DNA from: Cladosporium halotolerans
Taxonomy: Eukaryota
Direction of reading: 5' to 3'
Length of the DNA stretch: 64,000 bases
Assembly (NCBI RefSeq): GCF_011745625.1
Contig: NW_027191455.1
Span: 744,001 to 808,000, forward strand
Each line of letters opens with the position of its first letter. Position 1 is the first letter of the stretch. The position numbers were made by a program, and so were the translations under genes. The notes below the pieces were generated by a model, which saw only the letters and a list, made by a program, of their open reading frames with translations, searched no databases and was not told where the DNA came from. Shown here in pieces: positions 24,314-35,013 of this stretch.

Positions 24314-25649
24314 ATGAACCACACAAGCTCTTCGAATGGCGCTGGGAATCATCCTGCCGCCCACAGCTATTACACCGTTGGTAATCTGACGTCCACTGAC
24401 ATCGGAGAGGACATCTTTTACGATTCCTGCATCGATCTTCTGCTGGAAGGTCGATTCCCGGTCTCCGAGGTTGAAGATCTTGATGTTCATCCAGAAGGCG
24501 ACGTGATCATCGTCTGCACTGCGAACGGAAAAGAAACGTAAGTGATGTAAACTTCCAATATCCGCTGACGAAGCTTCCAAACACTGACTCGAGCCAGGCG
24601 CATCCGCGTACTTGCCGCAATCATCACCCTCGCCTCGCCTGTCTTCAAGGCGATGCTCAGCCCAAATTTCAAAGAAGGGACAACTCTGCGCGAAGAGTCT
24701 GTTGTCGTTGTACCGCTTCCAGATGACGACCCTGCTGCAATGACGATGATCCTTCGCGCTATGCACATGCAGTACCCCAACAAGCAGCAGCCAAATCCTA
24801 CCGAGCATATGCTAGAAGTCGCCGGGTTGTGCGACAAATATTGCTGTGCTGATGCTATCTGGCCGATCACAAATTACATGCTTGAGTGGTCCCATGAAGG
24901 CCTATGGTGCCGATACCACAACCTCAATATCACCACCATGGACTCCGAACCACGTACTGGCAATCTTCTGATAGCGGCTGCTGTTCTCAAGAATGCTGTT
25001 GTAGCTAGGAACATCGGCGAGACGCTGCTCACCAGATGTGTCGAGAAGTCGTCGTATCCGCAAACAGTGAAGGGGCAAGCCTTGATTTCGATGTTGGGCA
25101 CTGACATCTTTCGTGAGTAAGCTTCATCTGCACTCTATGACATGACTGACAATGCGAATAGATCAGCTGGAAACTCTCCGCGTGGACCTGCTGGCACAGC
25201 TACGGGAAGCTGTCGAACGCGAGCTCGCCAAAATCCTCACTTTCAACACATCGGACTGCGGTTGTATTAATTGCCGTCAAATCAACGGTCTTGCGCTTAC
25301 GGGAGAGTTCTTACAGCAAGTGGCCAATCGGTCGCTATGGCCAACTGTGGAAATCAACTCAGGCGGGCTCGACTCAGTCATCAATGTCCTGACGAAGTTC
25401 GAACCTAGTTTTCCGAACAGTCAACTTTCGGACTCCGGCTCGAACAACTACAAGTGCGAATCTCAGTTGACGTGGGAAAGGATTTGCGCCAATCTAAGGC
25501 GTGTGGGCACAATTGCCACCCAAAAGATCGATTCGTTGACATACTCAACCATCGTAGATGAGGAGGGGCTTTTGGTCGGATTCACGATGGCCGGCCAATC
25601 CACGCTGATCTGGCCTCACGAGCACAATGTCGAAGACAGCTATTGGTGA
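24314..25649 (+). CDS. BTB/POZ domain protein; introns 24538-24597 and 25113-25161
   Basis: Fungal BTB signature PEGDVIIV...RIRV..AIITLASPVFKAMLSPNFKEG..LPDDDPAAMTMILRAMH..CDKYCC is restored after splicing. Confidence 0.8.
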
Positions 25650-26224
25650 CAGTCAGAACTCTGAAACAACTCTGATAGGGGAATGCTCCTGGTTCTCATC
25701 ACACCGCCCTCACCAGGGGCAACCGTTCTCGAAGAACAGAAGCGCCGTTTAAGGGCTCCAAGATACGAAGCCACTACTTGTGGCAAACCCCCACGGAGTG
25801 GGGACATTGGCTTGAAGGTGTTGACGATCGTATGGGGCTTTACAGTGGTCTTCCTGTAATTACTTGTTTTCTGCACGCGTGAGCGTGGCCAATCCAATTT
25901 AATCAAGGTCTCTACTGACTTGTCATTTTCTTGCGTAAATTGCTACGAGCCCCAGCCGCAGCGAGATGTTTTGAACTCAGAGAGCATTTGCGATGTTCTG
26001 TTTATGGGCTTGACGCAGGACTGGAGCGTCGTGTCACTGGGCCAGTGCAGACCGGCCGCCCCCTCGCAATAATCCTCAGGCAATATGGTCGAAGGATGGC
26101 ACTGAGACAGCATGGAATAGGCCATTGAGATAGAATCCAACCACTTTGAGTGGAACGGTGATGTCGATGCTCGTGTATCGTTATTCTTACATACTATTAC
26201 AAGTCTCCGGTATCTTTACACACA

Positions 26225-28333
26225 TCAGGACATTCCAAACCCTTTGTCTCCCTCGTCATTTGTGCTTCTCGGAGGATTGAAGAACGCATCTCTCTCATCT
26301 CGCAACTTCTCCTTCCTGAATGCCTTCCGCTTCGGATCATTGTACCTGAACTTCCGAACGGCCCATGCATCGTTCCCCATGACCAAGCCGATCGGCTTGC
26401 CAAGCTTCCGGTTTCCCTCAGGAGACGGCTGGAGTTTGGCGTCCCTCCTCTCGACCCGCCGCTGGGTGCTCTGAAGGAACTTCTGCAGGTCCGCGCGACG
26501 AGCGTGCCAGTGCTGGAAGTCCTTCTGCGGGACGAGCTCGCGGTGCATCAAAGTGTCGATGACACCGATGAGGCTCTGCACGAAAATGCAGCATTGCTTC
26601 AGTTCGCGGACATCAGCGACCTCGCTCTTTTTGCTGTCCGGTCCGTAGGTGACGCGAGAGCGCAGATTGTGCAGAATGGAGTCCATCCGGTTGATGACCG
26701 CGACGATCTTGGGGCCATCGTCCGTGGTGAGCGCAAGAGACAAATACTCCATCAGAGTCTGAGGGTCGGGATCTGCAGCCGTTTTTTCCATGACATCGAT
26801 TATAGTAGTTGCGTGCTCAAGGACACGAGGATTGTTCATGTCGCGCTGGCAGGCTTTCATCGCGGACCGGAAAGTGGAGTTTTGAGGCTCAATGCCAGCA
26901 GCTGGAAGATCTTCGGAAAGTAGTTTCACGGCTTTGTAGCTGCTGCGGTTGAGGGCGAGAAGGCTGAGCTGGCGATTGAAGTTCTCAAGATCCGGCTGCA
27001 CCGAGTACTCCGTTGTAAGGAGCTGCCAATACTCCATCGAGATCTTAGGAACACGCATGTACTGACAAGCGTCGATGAGGAGAGAGATGGTCTGAGGCCC
27101 AGGCTGGGCCCAGGCAAGAGACCTTGCGCCTTTAGGCTTAGCATGCTGTGTTGACACAGCATTGAAGGCTTTCTTCGCAGGCGAGTCTGTGAAACCGTCT
27201 TCATCGACCTCGCCATTATCTGCAACTGCTGACTCCGGCAGGGGCTCCTGCGGAACATGTTGCGTTTGTCTTTCTGCGCTCCCTACCGGAGCTACAAGCC
27301 GTTTGATGTCCATTGTTTGCTGCACCAAATCTAGCACATTGTCCCAGTCTTCGATTCTTTTACTGGAGAGAAGCAATCTTCCCATCGCTGCAACCAAGTT
27401 CTCGTCGATGGCAACTTCGCCAGCTCTCCACTTGCGAATGACATCTAGCCAAACGCGTCTGCCTTCATCAACGGCTTTCTGCCTCCTAGATGCCAACTGC
27501 TCCAACTGGACGCCCTCTGGATTTTTGCCAAACGCTGCGAATCGTATGGCATTCAGAATGATGGTGTACGTGATACGATCGGCGGCATTTGGTCCCTTTG
27601 GCGGAATCTGCGATGCGATCGACCACAGCGCATCCATGTCCGAGGCGAGCGCACAAACGTTGAGTGCCGCATTGGTGTGCATTATGGTCGGCTTTACTCG
27701 CGAGTTGGCAGCATTCATCGATGTGTATATTGAGATTGCCTTCGCAACATTTTCCTCCTTCACAGGCTGGGAGACGTGGCTCCGAAATCCTAACCCGCGC
27801 AATATCAACATATACGTGTAGCTGTCAGGCAATTGCGCCCGCTTCTTCATCTCGTTGTATATCTTGAGCGCATCGTTGATTTTGCTTTTGCGCATCAGCC
27901 AGTCGATAACAGCATTCCAAGAGACCACGCAGTTCATCTCCTTACTGGCCACTCGGCACAGATCCAGCGCTTTATCCGGCTTCTCGCATCTAAGAGTATA
28001 CTTGACGTGTTCCGAAAGTTTGAGAGGATCTTTCAACCATCGCAGTTCCATCTCCAGTGCTTTCTTGTTCTCAATCTGAATCCCTCTTGCTTTGGTTTCT
28101 GACTGCTGGACTCCTTTTGTCGCTGGAATATCGCGTCCCTCATGGACTTCGCCAAGGGCGTCATGTCCCTTCGGAACCTGCTGACCAGCAGCAGTCGAGT
28201 AGGAAGAGCTAGATATCCTTTGATGTAGATGAGGCGTGAGGATGAGGCGTTGTTGGATAGGTTGCCGTGCGGTGACAGCGTCGCCAGCAATGGCGCGCAT
28301 GCACCGAAGCGCACATGATCGGCACTCGAACAT
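26225..28333 (-). CDS. Pentatricopeptide repeat (PPR) protein, probably mitochondrial
   Basis: PPR-like repeats (VVSWNAVIDWLMRKSKINDALKIYNEMKKRAQLPDSYTYMLILRG; IMHTNAALNVC; DRITYTIILNA). Arg-rich N-terminus from the ATG at 28333 (MFECRSCALR). Confidence 0.85.
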   Translation of the reverse strand: MFECRSCALRCMRAIAGDAVTARQPIQQRLILTPHLHQRISSSSYSTAAGQQVPKGHDALGEVHEGRDIPATKGVQQSETKARGIQIENKKALEMELRWLKDPLKLSEHVKYTLRCEKPDKALDLCRVASKEMNCVVSWNAVIDWLMRKSKINDALKIYNEMKKRAQLPDSYTYMLILRGLGFRSHVSQPVKEENVAKAISIYTSMNAANSRVKPTIMHTNAALNVCALASDMDALWSIASQIPPKGPNAADRITYTIILNAIRFAAFGKNPEGVQLEQLASRRQKAVDEGRRVWLDVIRKWRAGEVAIDENLVAAMGRLLLSSKRIEDWDNVLDLVQQTMDIKRLVAPVGSAERQTQHVPQEPLPESAVADNGEVDEDGFTDSPAKKAFNAVSTQHAKPKGARSLAWAQPGPQTISLLIDACQYMRVPKISMEYWQLLTTEYSVQPDLENFNRQLSLLALNRSSYKAVKLLSEDLPAAGIEPQNSTFRSAMKACQRDMNNPRVLEHATTIIDVMEKTAADPDPQTLMEYLSLALTTDDGPKIVAVINRMDSILHNLRSRVTYGPDSKKSEVADVRELKQCCIFVQSLIGVIDTLMHRELVPQKDFQHWHARRADLQKFLQSTQRRVERRDAKLQPSPEGNRKLGKPIGLVMGNDAWAVRKFRYNDPKRKAFRKEKLRDERDAFFNPPRSTNDEGDKGFGMS

Positions 28334-28597
28334 GAGAACGGGTGTACAAGCAAGAATGCAAGATGTACAAGTTGAAGATGATAGACAGCCAGTGGCCAAA
28401 AAGTCTCGAATCCCTGACACGTGATGGACTTGCCTCATGCGGCAATCCCGCGTCCGTTGCCCGGTCACCTTCCCCATGTTTTGCTGTTTGGGCTTGACAA
28501 GAAGTTCCAGTCGAATGCGGCGCGACAGAGTTGCAGGACTGCGCGATTGTTTGGAATAACTTACTACGCCGCAGAAGACGGAAAGATCATTACGACC

Positions 28598-30882
28598 ATG
28601 GATCGGCCAAATTCCTCGCTGTTCGAGGTTTACCTGCGTCTTCGCCCTTCAGATGCCGATCGAGACCGCTTCCTGGACGTTGACCGAACATCCACGATAC
28701 CTACGCACATTACCATCAAGCCTCCCGCGGATGACAAGAGGAAACGAGCGATAGAAAAATTTGGATTCACGCGCGTGTTCGAGGAGGATGCGGGACAGCT
28801 GGACCTTTTCCATGAGACAGGTGCGGTCTCTATGATCGAGGGCGTCCTGGGAGCCCGTGGCAGAGAGGGCAGGGATGGGTTGCTGGCTACACTTGGTGTC
28901 ACCGGCAGTGGAAAGGTAAAATTGGACACATCCCTTACGAAAGAACTTCATGCTGACTTGAAATCAAGAGTCACACTATCCTCGGTTCCAAGTCCCAGCG
29001 CGGTCTGACCCAGCTCACCCTCGATGCTTTGTTCCAGCATACGGCACCCTACCGTGCTGGACCCGAGAATGCGCCTTCAGTCTTCTCGTCCCTCTGCGCT
29101 GCAGACGTCAGTGAAGCACAGCTCATGCCTGCAGCTAGATTCCTAGAGTCCATCTACGAAGAATCCAACAATGGCAGGCAATCACGCGCTCCGACGCCCG
29201 GACTGGTATGCGACCCCACCTTACCCGACATCACAAAAACACCAGGGGCATTTCCCACCTTCGATGAGCCGGTCTACTCAACTCCAAAACCGCCGAAGCA
29301 CGTCTTCGATCGACTGTACCCGTCACTCTCAAAGTACCAGCTTCAACACGCTGGTACACCCTACACACCCCTCAGATCACCGCTAAAGTCGCCTTCGCGG
29401 CTCACCCGTTTCACGCAAAGTATCGCCAAGCTTACCTCTCCCTTTCAGGAATCTTCGTTTGTCTCTGTTGGAGGGTCTTCGTCTCGCCGACATGTGCCCA
29501 GAGTATCCGCCTTGCCACAAGTACCAGCAATCGACGACCTCGATATCACCGTCGACGACACCGCCGAATATGCCATCATCGTCAGCATGTACGAAGTGTA
29601 CAACGATCGCATCTATGACTTGCTGACCGCCGCTGCCACGCTGGGCAAGATGCCGCAGAAACGCCGCGCTCTACTCTTCAAGAACACAGAACTCTCGCCA
29701 GATCGCAAGGTGGTGGCTGGCCTGCGCAAGGTCGTATGTACGAACCTGGACGAAGCATTGCTGGTACTGGAAACCGGACTGCACGAGAGGCGTGTCGCGG
29801 GCACAGGCAGCAATGCCGTCAGCTCGAGAAGTCACGGCTTCTTCAGCTTGGAAGTGAAGAAGCGTCATAGAGCTGATATCCCCGGGCCTTGGTCAGGCAG
29901 CTCGCTGACCATCGTAGACCTTGCTGGTAAGCCGTTCGTATGTCCCAATCAAGTGTGGCACGACTAACGTATGTCCCCAGGTTCCGAGCGAGCCCGCACA
30001 GCCAAAACCGCCGGCGCAACCCTCGCAGAAGCCGGCAAGATCAACGAATCCCTGATGTACCTCGGCCAGTGCATGCAAATGCAAGCCGACAACGCCAACA
30101 GCGCCAACCCCTCGGTCGTGCCCTTCCGCCAGTGCAAGCTCACCGAGCTCTTGTTCAGCAACTCTTTCGCGCCGACCGTCGGCCACCGCCCGCCGCAGAA
30201 GTCCGCCATGGTCGTCACCGCCGACCCGCTCGGCGACTTCAACGCCACCAGCCAGATCCTGCGCTACTCCGCTCTTGCCCGCGAGGTCACCGTCCCCCGC
30301 GTCCCGTCCATAACCAATCAGATCCTGGCCGGCACCGCCGCTCCTCCTCCTCCGTCCAACGCCTCCGCTGCTCTCCAAGAAGAGCTCGACCATGCCCTGG
30401 CTGCCATCGCCTCACTCCGCGCAGACCTCGACGTGACGCAGCTGAAGCTCGAGGACGAGACGCGGCGGCGGCGCGAGGCGGAGGTGTCGTGGCAGGCGGC
30501 GGAGGACCGGATGTACGAGATGGAGGCGGAGGTGCGCGAGGAGGTGTGGGCGGAGATGGAGGCGCAGATGGCGCTGGAGCAGCGGCGGTGGCGGGCTGCG
30601 CGGGACGAGGAGCTCGACCGCCACGACGAGCACATGGACCGCAAGCTCGAGGTCATGGCGCGTGGCATCGACATCTACGAGGCACCGGGCGCTGACAAGG
30701 AGAATGCCGAGGAGGACGGTGGGCGGGTTGCGGAGCTGGAGGATGAGGTCGGCATGCTGAGGGAGAAGCTGGCGGCGAAGGAGCGGGAGAAGGAGAGCCA
30801 GCGCAGTCCAAGCAAGAAGATGAGGGTGCTGAAGACAAGGCGGTGGGATGGCAGCGGCATGGGCGTTGAGGAGACGTTCTGA
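28598..30882 (+). CDS. Kinesin motor protein (kinesin-6/Klp9-like) with C-terminal coiled coil; introns 28916-28968 and 29927-29980, plus an optional in-frame intron 29206-29448
   Basis: P-loop GVTGSGK|S, YEVYNDRIYDLL, switch I NAVSSRSH, switch II DLA|GSER, INESL, VPFRQCKLT; large insert within the motor domain. Confidence 0.9.
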
Positions 30883-31049
30883 TCTCTGATGATGCTGCGG
30901 TTGCGCGAGCTTTCCTCGTCATCTCTTTCTTCACTGTCGATACCCGTTCTCGTATATCCGTAAAGCCGTCCACGTTCAAACTCACTCCTCTCTATGAACT
31001 CGCCTCATCAAGACCAAAAGCCCCCAACACCCGCCGCTCACACCAACGA

Positions 31050-32420
31050 CGCCATGCCTCCCATCCTGTTTCAGCCCACACACCACGCCATACCAACCCT
31101 ACATTAGCGCAGCCTGCAAGAGCGTTGCCGGCCTCATCGTCCCCCCATGCCCTCGCCTGCATCCCGATCGCACCAACGCAGCCGCAAATCTCGGTTCCGA
31201 TCGCTGCAACGCCGCGCCACCCTCGTGGCCACGCCAGGGATCAGAAGGGCGACACAAGAGCCGGCAGGGCGTCTGCCTTGCCGGCGGGAGTGGCTTGGAG
31301 CCGGTTTGGTAGCGTGCGGCTGAGGGTCTGATGGGCGCCGGGTAGGGCGATGGGCAGATGCCAGCCAGGCTAACTAGGACTGTGCAGACTTCGGACGGCT
31401 CGATCGACGGCGTGACGACCTGTGACACGTTCGTCGCCCCTACATGGGCATCGCTCGTTCGTGCTTCGGCTTCGATCGAAAGGGCGTGACGTCGGCAAGT
31501 GCCGCGGCCTTGCTCGTGGGAGAGACTAGGCTAGTCGCGCAGGCCGGCGGCCGGGCAGGGCTGGCACGACGAACCTGTCACAAACTCCCCAGAGGTCCGC
31601 TCTAGTATGCCTCGAAGCAAGGCACCACCCCCCGCAGCCAAGCGAGCGGACTATCCACGCCTGGTGAGACAACATCCCGGCGCAGGGGTCCGAAGGCATG
31701 CTGTAGCGCATCTTCCGTCTGGGTCCAAGATCCCGGGGCAGACAGGTGAGGTGGGAGCCATATCCATTCATCATCGCCAAAGCTCAGCCCGCACACTCCA
31801 CGCAAGGTAGCGAACCCACCAGGTCATACATTAATCCGACGAAAGAACAAGTCTAGCCCGTAAAGCAAACGCAAACATGCAAAAACAAACCCATCCCCCC
31901 CAAAACCCCCGTCCGCTCCAAACCCTGCACCACGTCACATCACGTCGTGCAACACTACTCACCGGCAGCCCAGCACCAAGTGCCGACCGGCGGCGCGCCC
32001 GCACGCCACACCACAGATCTCGCGTTGCGTCAGCACTAGCAACCCAGAGCGCAGAAACGCAACAGCCCCCATCCCCGTCAAGCGCAGAACCCGCGCGATC
32101 GGGTCTCCCGCGCGGCGGCGCGGACCAAAAAAAAAAAAGCCTGAAAGGCAAAAAAAGCGAAAATATAAGCTTAAATCCAAGAGCGCAAATCGCAAGGAAG
32201 GAATGGCCTGGCGGCCGGCGTGTGTTAGTCGAGAGCAGATCGTCCGCCGCCTCCGTCGGCCGGCAGCTAAAAACGTGACGGGGGCTACCTGACCTTAACG
32301 ATCGTAGGGCGTGTCGAGACGGGCTTGCAGTAGCGCTCCGAGTGCTCGCTCGCCTCAGGGCCCTGGCGCGCGCCTCGCGGGCCTGGTTTCTGCTAGGCTG
32401 GCGTGCTTTTAGTCTCAGAC
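31050..32420. ncRNA. Candidate long structured non-coding RNA (unassigned)
   Basis: No credible ORF, and many nested inverted repeats seen by eye (see findings). Identity and strand are unresolved. Confidence 0.35.
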
Positions 32421-33296
32421 GTCTTCAGGGTTGTGCTGCTTGCTGCCGTGACGGTCGGTTGTTCGTTAGTCGATGCCGCTACTGGGGCGGTTTGCGGGAC
32501 CGAGAGTTTGGGGTGTCGTGTGTATCTAATGATTGATGTTTGGGCGGAGTTTGGGATATGTATATACTGCATGATGCGTAGACATTGGGAAAGGAACATC
32601 ACGATATTCATGGAGCGCGAACATAATGAACATAATGATGGAAAGCAGCTTGACGACTGGGAGTAATGAGACGTTCAACGTGTATAAAGTAAGCCGTATG
32701 TGCACTTTCGCATTGCGTCTCAGCCATCAACGGCCGGCGTGAATCTCTATCTGAAGTAAAAGCTATGCGTAGCTTTTCTTGACCGTGCTATCATCTGCCC
32801 CATTGTTCGCATAGTAGGTGCGGTCGTAAGAAAATGTCTCGACGCGCGACACGTGCTCGCAGGGCCACTCAAGTGCCTTGCACATGCACGTCTCTACCAT
32901 CAGCGCCATTGACGAAGTCGAATAGCCTTTTTGGACGGTAGGCGAACATTGCGCTCGCGTGCGACCTGATAGTCGCGAATGCTCAAATCGGCCGGCGCCA
33001 AACCGCTGCCATTGCAGCTTTGTTTGGACCGGCCAGATCGCTAAGGTAAAATTTTCCGCCAGCCGTTGAATGATGCTCAACCCGATTCGAGAACGCGCAA
33101 TGCCCTTACGAAGGCAAGCTGTACAGCCTCAAAACAGACGCGCCCTCCACCACTCCCAAATCGTGAAAATCATGCTTCGCCGTGAGGCCCCGATGCTCCT
33201 GTTGTGAAACGGAAGTTAAGTGTTGATGTCGAAGGAGTAATGATTAAGGGAAGAGAAAAAGGAAAGACCAGCTATGCCATGACACCGGAGTCGTGT

Positions 33297-35013
33297 TCAC
33301 TGCTGCTGGTATGGTTGACTATGCGCCTGTTCGGAAGCTGCATCAGCGATCAGCACAAACTGTGGCTCAGTGCGTCGAGGGACTTACGCTGCTGGTAAGG
33401 CAGTCCGCCTTGTCCGTAGGGGCTCTGCGGGTAGCCCTGTGCGCTGTACATGGAGTGGCCGCTGCCACTGTACTGAGGCGCGCCGTCGACTTGCTGCGGC
33501 TGAGCGTATTGGCCAGCGGGCTGGCCAGCGGCAGCTTGGTACCCTATTGGCGGAAGTTGAGGACCACCCATCTGATGAGGCATCATATGCGGCTGACCAT
33601 AGTGGGCAGGCTGACCTTGGGGTTGAGACGTGTCTTGACCCTGGCGCTGCGCCTCCTGGCGCGCCCTTTCATCCTCCTGCTTGCGCTGGTTCTCCTCCTC
33701 CTTTTTCTTGGCCTTCCACTCCTTGCGGATTTCCTTGAATTCTGTATCACGCACACTGTCAGCCTCATATGCAGGGTTCGTCCCGCGCTGATGGAAAGGC
33801 TAGCGTGGCGCTAGGTTTGGGCATGGATTTGGGGATTCGCGCGTGGTCGCTAGCGCGCGGGCGCTTCGTGCTTAATGGAACGACCAGTCGCAAAGCCACG
33901 CGCACGATATTGCGTGTTCCCAAACCCTCGTAAACAAGCAACGCTGCCCAAATTTCTCGTGTCACGCGTTCTAGAGAGAAAGGAATAAAAAAAGTCGTAC
34001 CTTCAGGAGTGCGCTTCGAGCCATGCGACTGCATGGTCACGTGTGCATTCAAATGGTTCAGGGTGCCGTAAGCCTTCTCGCAGCCATTCCAGCCGCACTT
34101 GTACATTCTCTCGATTTCCTCATACCTCCTTCGGGGACGCTTGTGCTGCTGCGCACCGGGAATGGGAACGAACGAGTAAACGGTGGAAAGCGGGTGGCCG
34201 CCCTAGATAGCGACGCGTCAGTATGTTTCTTCGGAGCTGCGCGCGAAGGCGCGAACGCGTATCCACGCGCAAAACGCGTCGACTTACCGGCGGCGGGCGC
34301 GGGATGTGGTGCGCGACCATCGCAGGAGCGGCGCCGCCCGTTGTCGCGGGCGAGTGGCCGTACTGCATGGGCTGAGGCGGGTATTGTCCTTGCGGCCACT
34401 CTGGTCTTGCGTACATGGGGTGCGCCGCATACTGAGGGATTTCTTGCTGCGGCGGGTACGGAGAGTAGTTGTGCGGCGGGGGGTAGGAAGGGCTGGTCTG
34501 CGCAATCGAGGGATCTATGGGGACATCGCCGTCAGATTCAATGTTGCGTTGCGGCGCGTGGCCGTTGGGCTGCTGCCCATCGGGCATGGATAGAGACGGA
34601 CTGGATGTTTGCGCCATGCCGGACGGTGTGCCTTGCGCGCCTGGCTGATAGCGGTTTGGCTGGCCGTCGGCGTAACCGCGCTGGATGTATTCCGGGAACG
34701 AGCCTGAACGCGCCGACTGAGGCGGAAGACCGTAACTCGAGTCTGGCGTCGCGGAGGAGGAAAAGTTGGTGGGCTTGTATTCCTGGCCAGCGGGGTATTG
34801 CACAGCAGATGCTTGATCTGCAGAAGTTCCTTCAGACTGATGTCCGTTATAGTGCGCGTACGGTGAGCTCAAACCTGACTGCGGATACTCCTGTTGTGGT
34901 CTGGCGTCCATTGGCTGTTGCGGCTGGCCTTGGTGAAGATGCGACGCGAGGATGGCGCTAAGCGAGGAGTCGTTCGTGTTCTGAGCCGGGGAGGTAGAGT
35001 AAGGTCTGGACAT
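33297..35013 (-). CDS. con7: Con7-like C2H2 zinc-finger transcription factor; introns 34203-34287, 33742-34000 and 33338-33387
   Basis: Spliced product has HKRPRRRYEEIERMYKCGWNGCEKAYGTLNHLNAHVTMQSHGSKRTPE|EFKEIRKEWKAKKKEEE, the characteristic Con7 finger plus coiled coil, with P/Q/Y-rich flanks. Confidence 0.9.

Noticed and set aside
32060..32290. RNase MRP/P RNA (AGCCCCC pairing with GGGGGCT)
   Set aside because: The conserved GARAGU CR-I context of helix P4 is missing.
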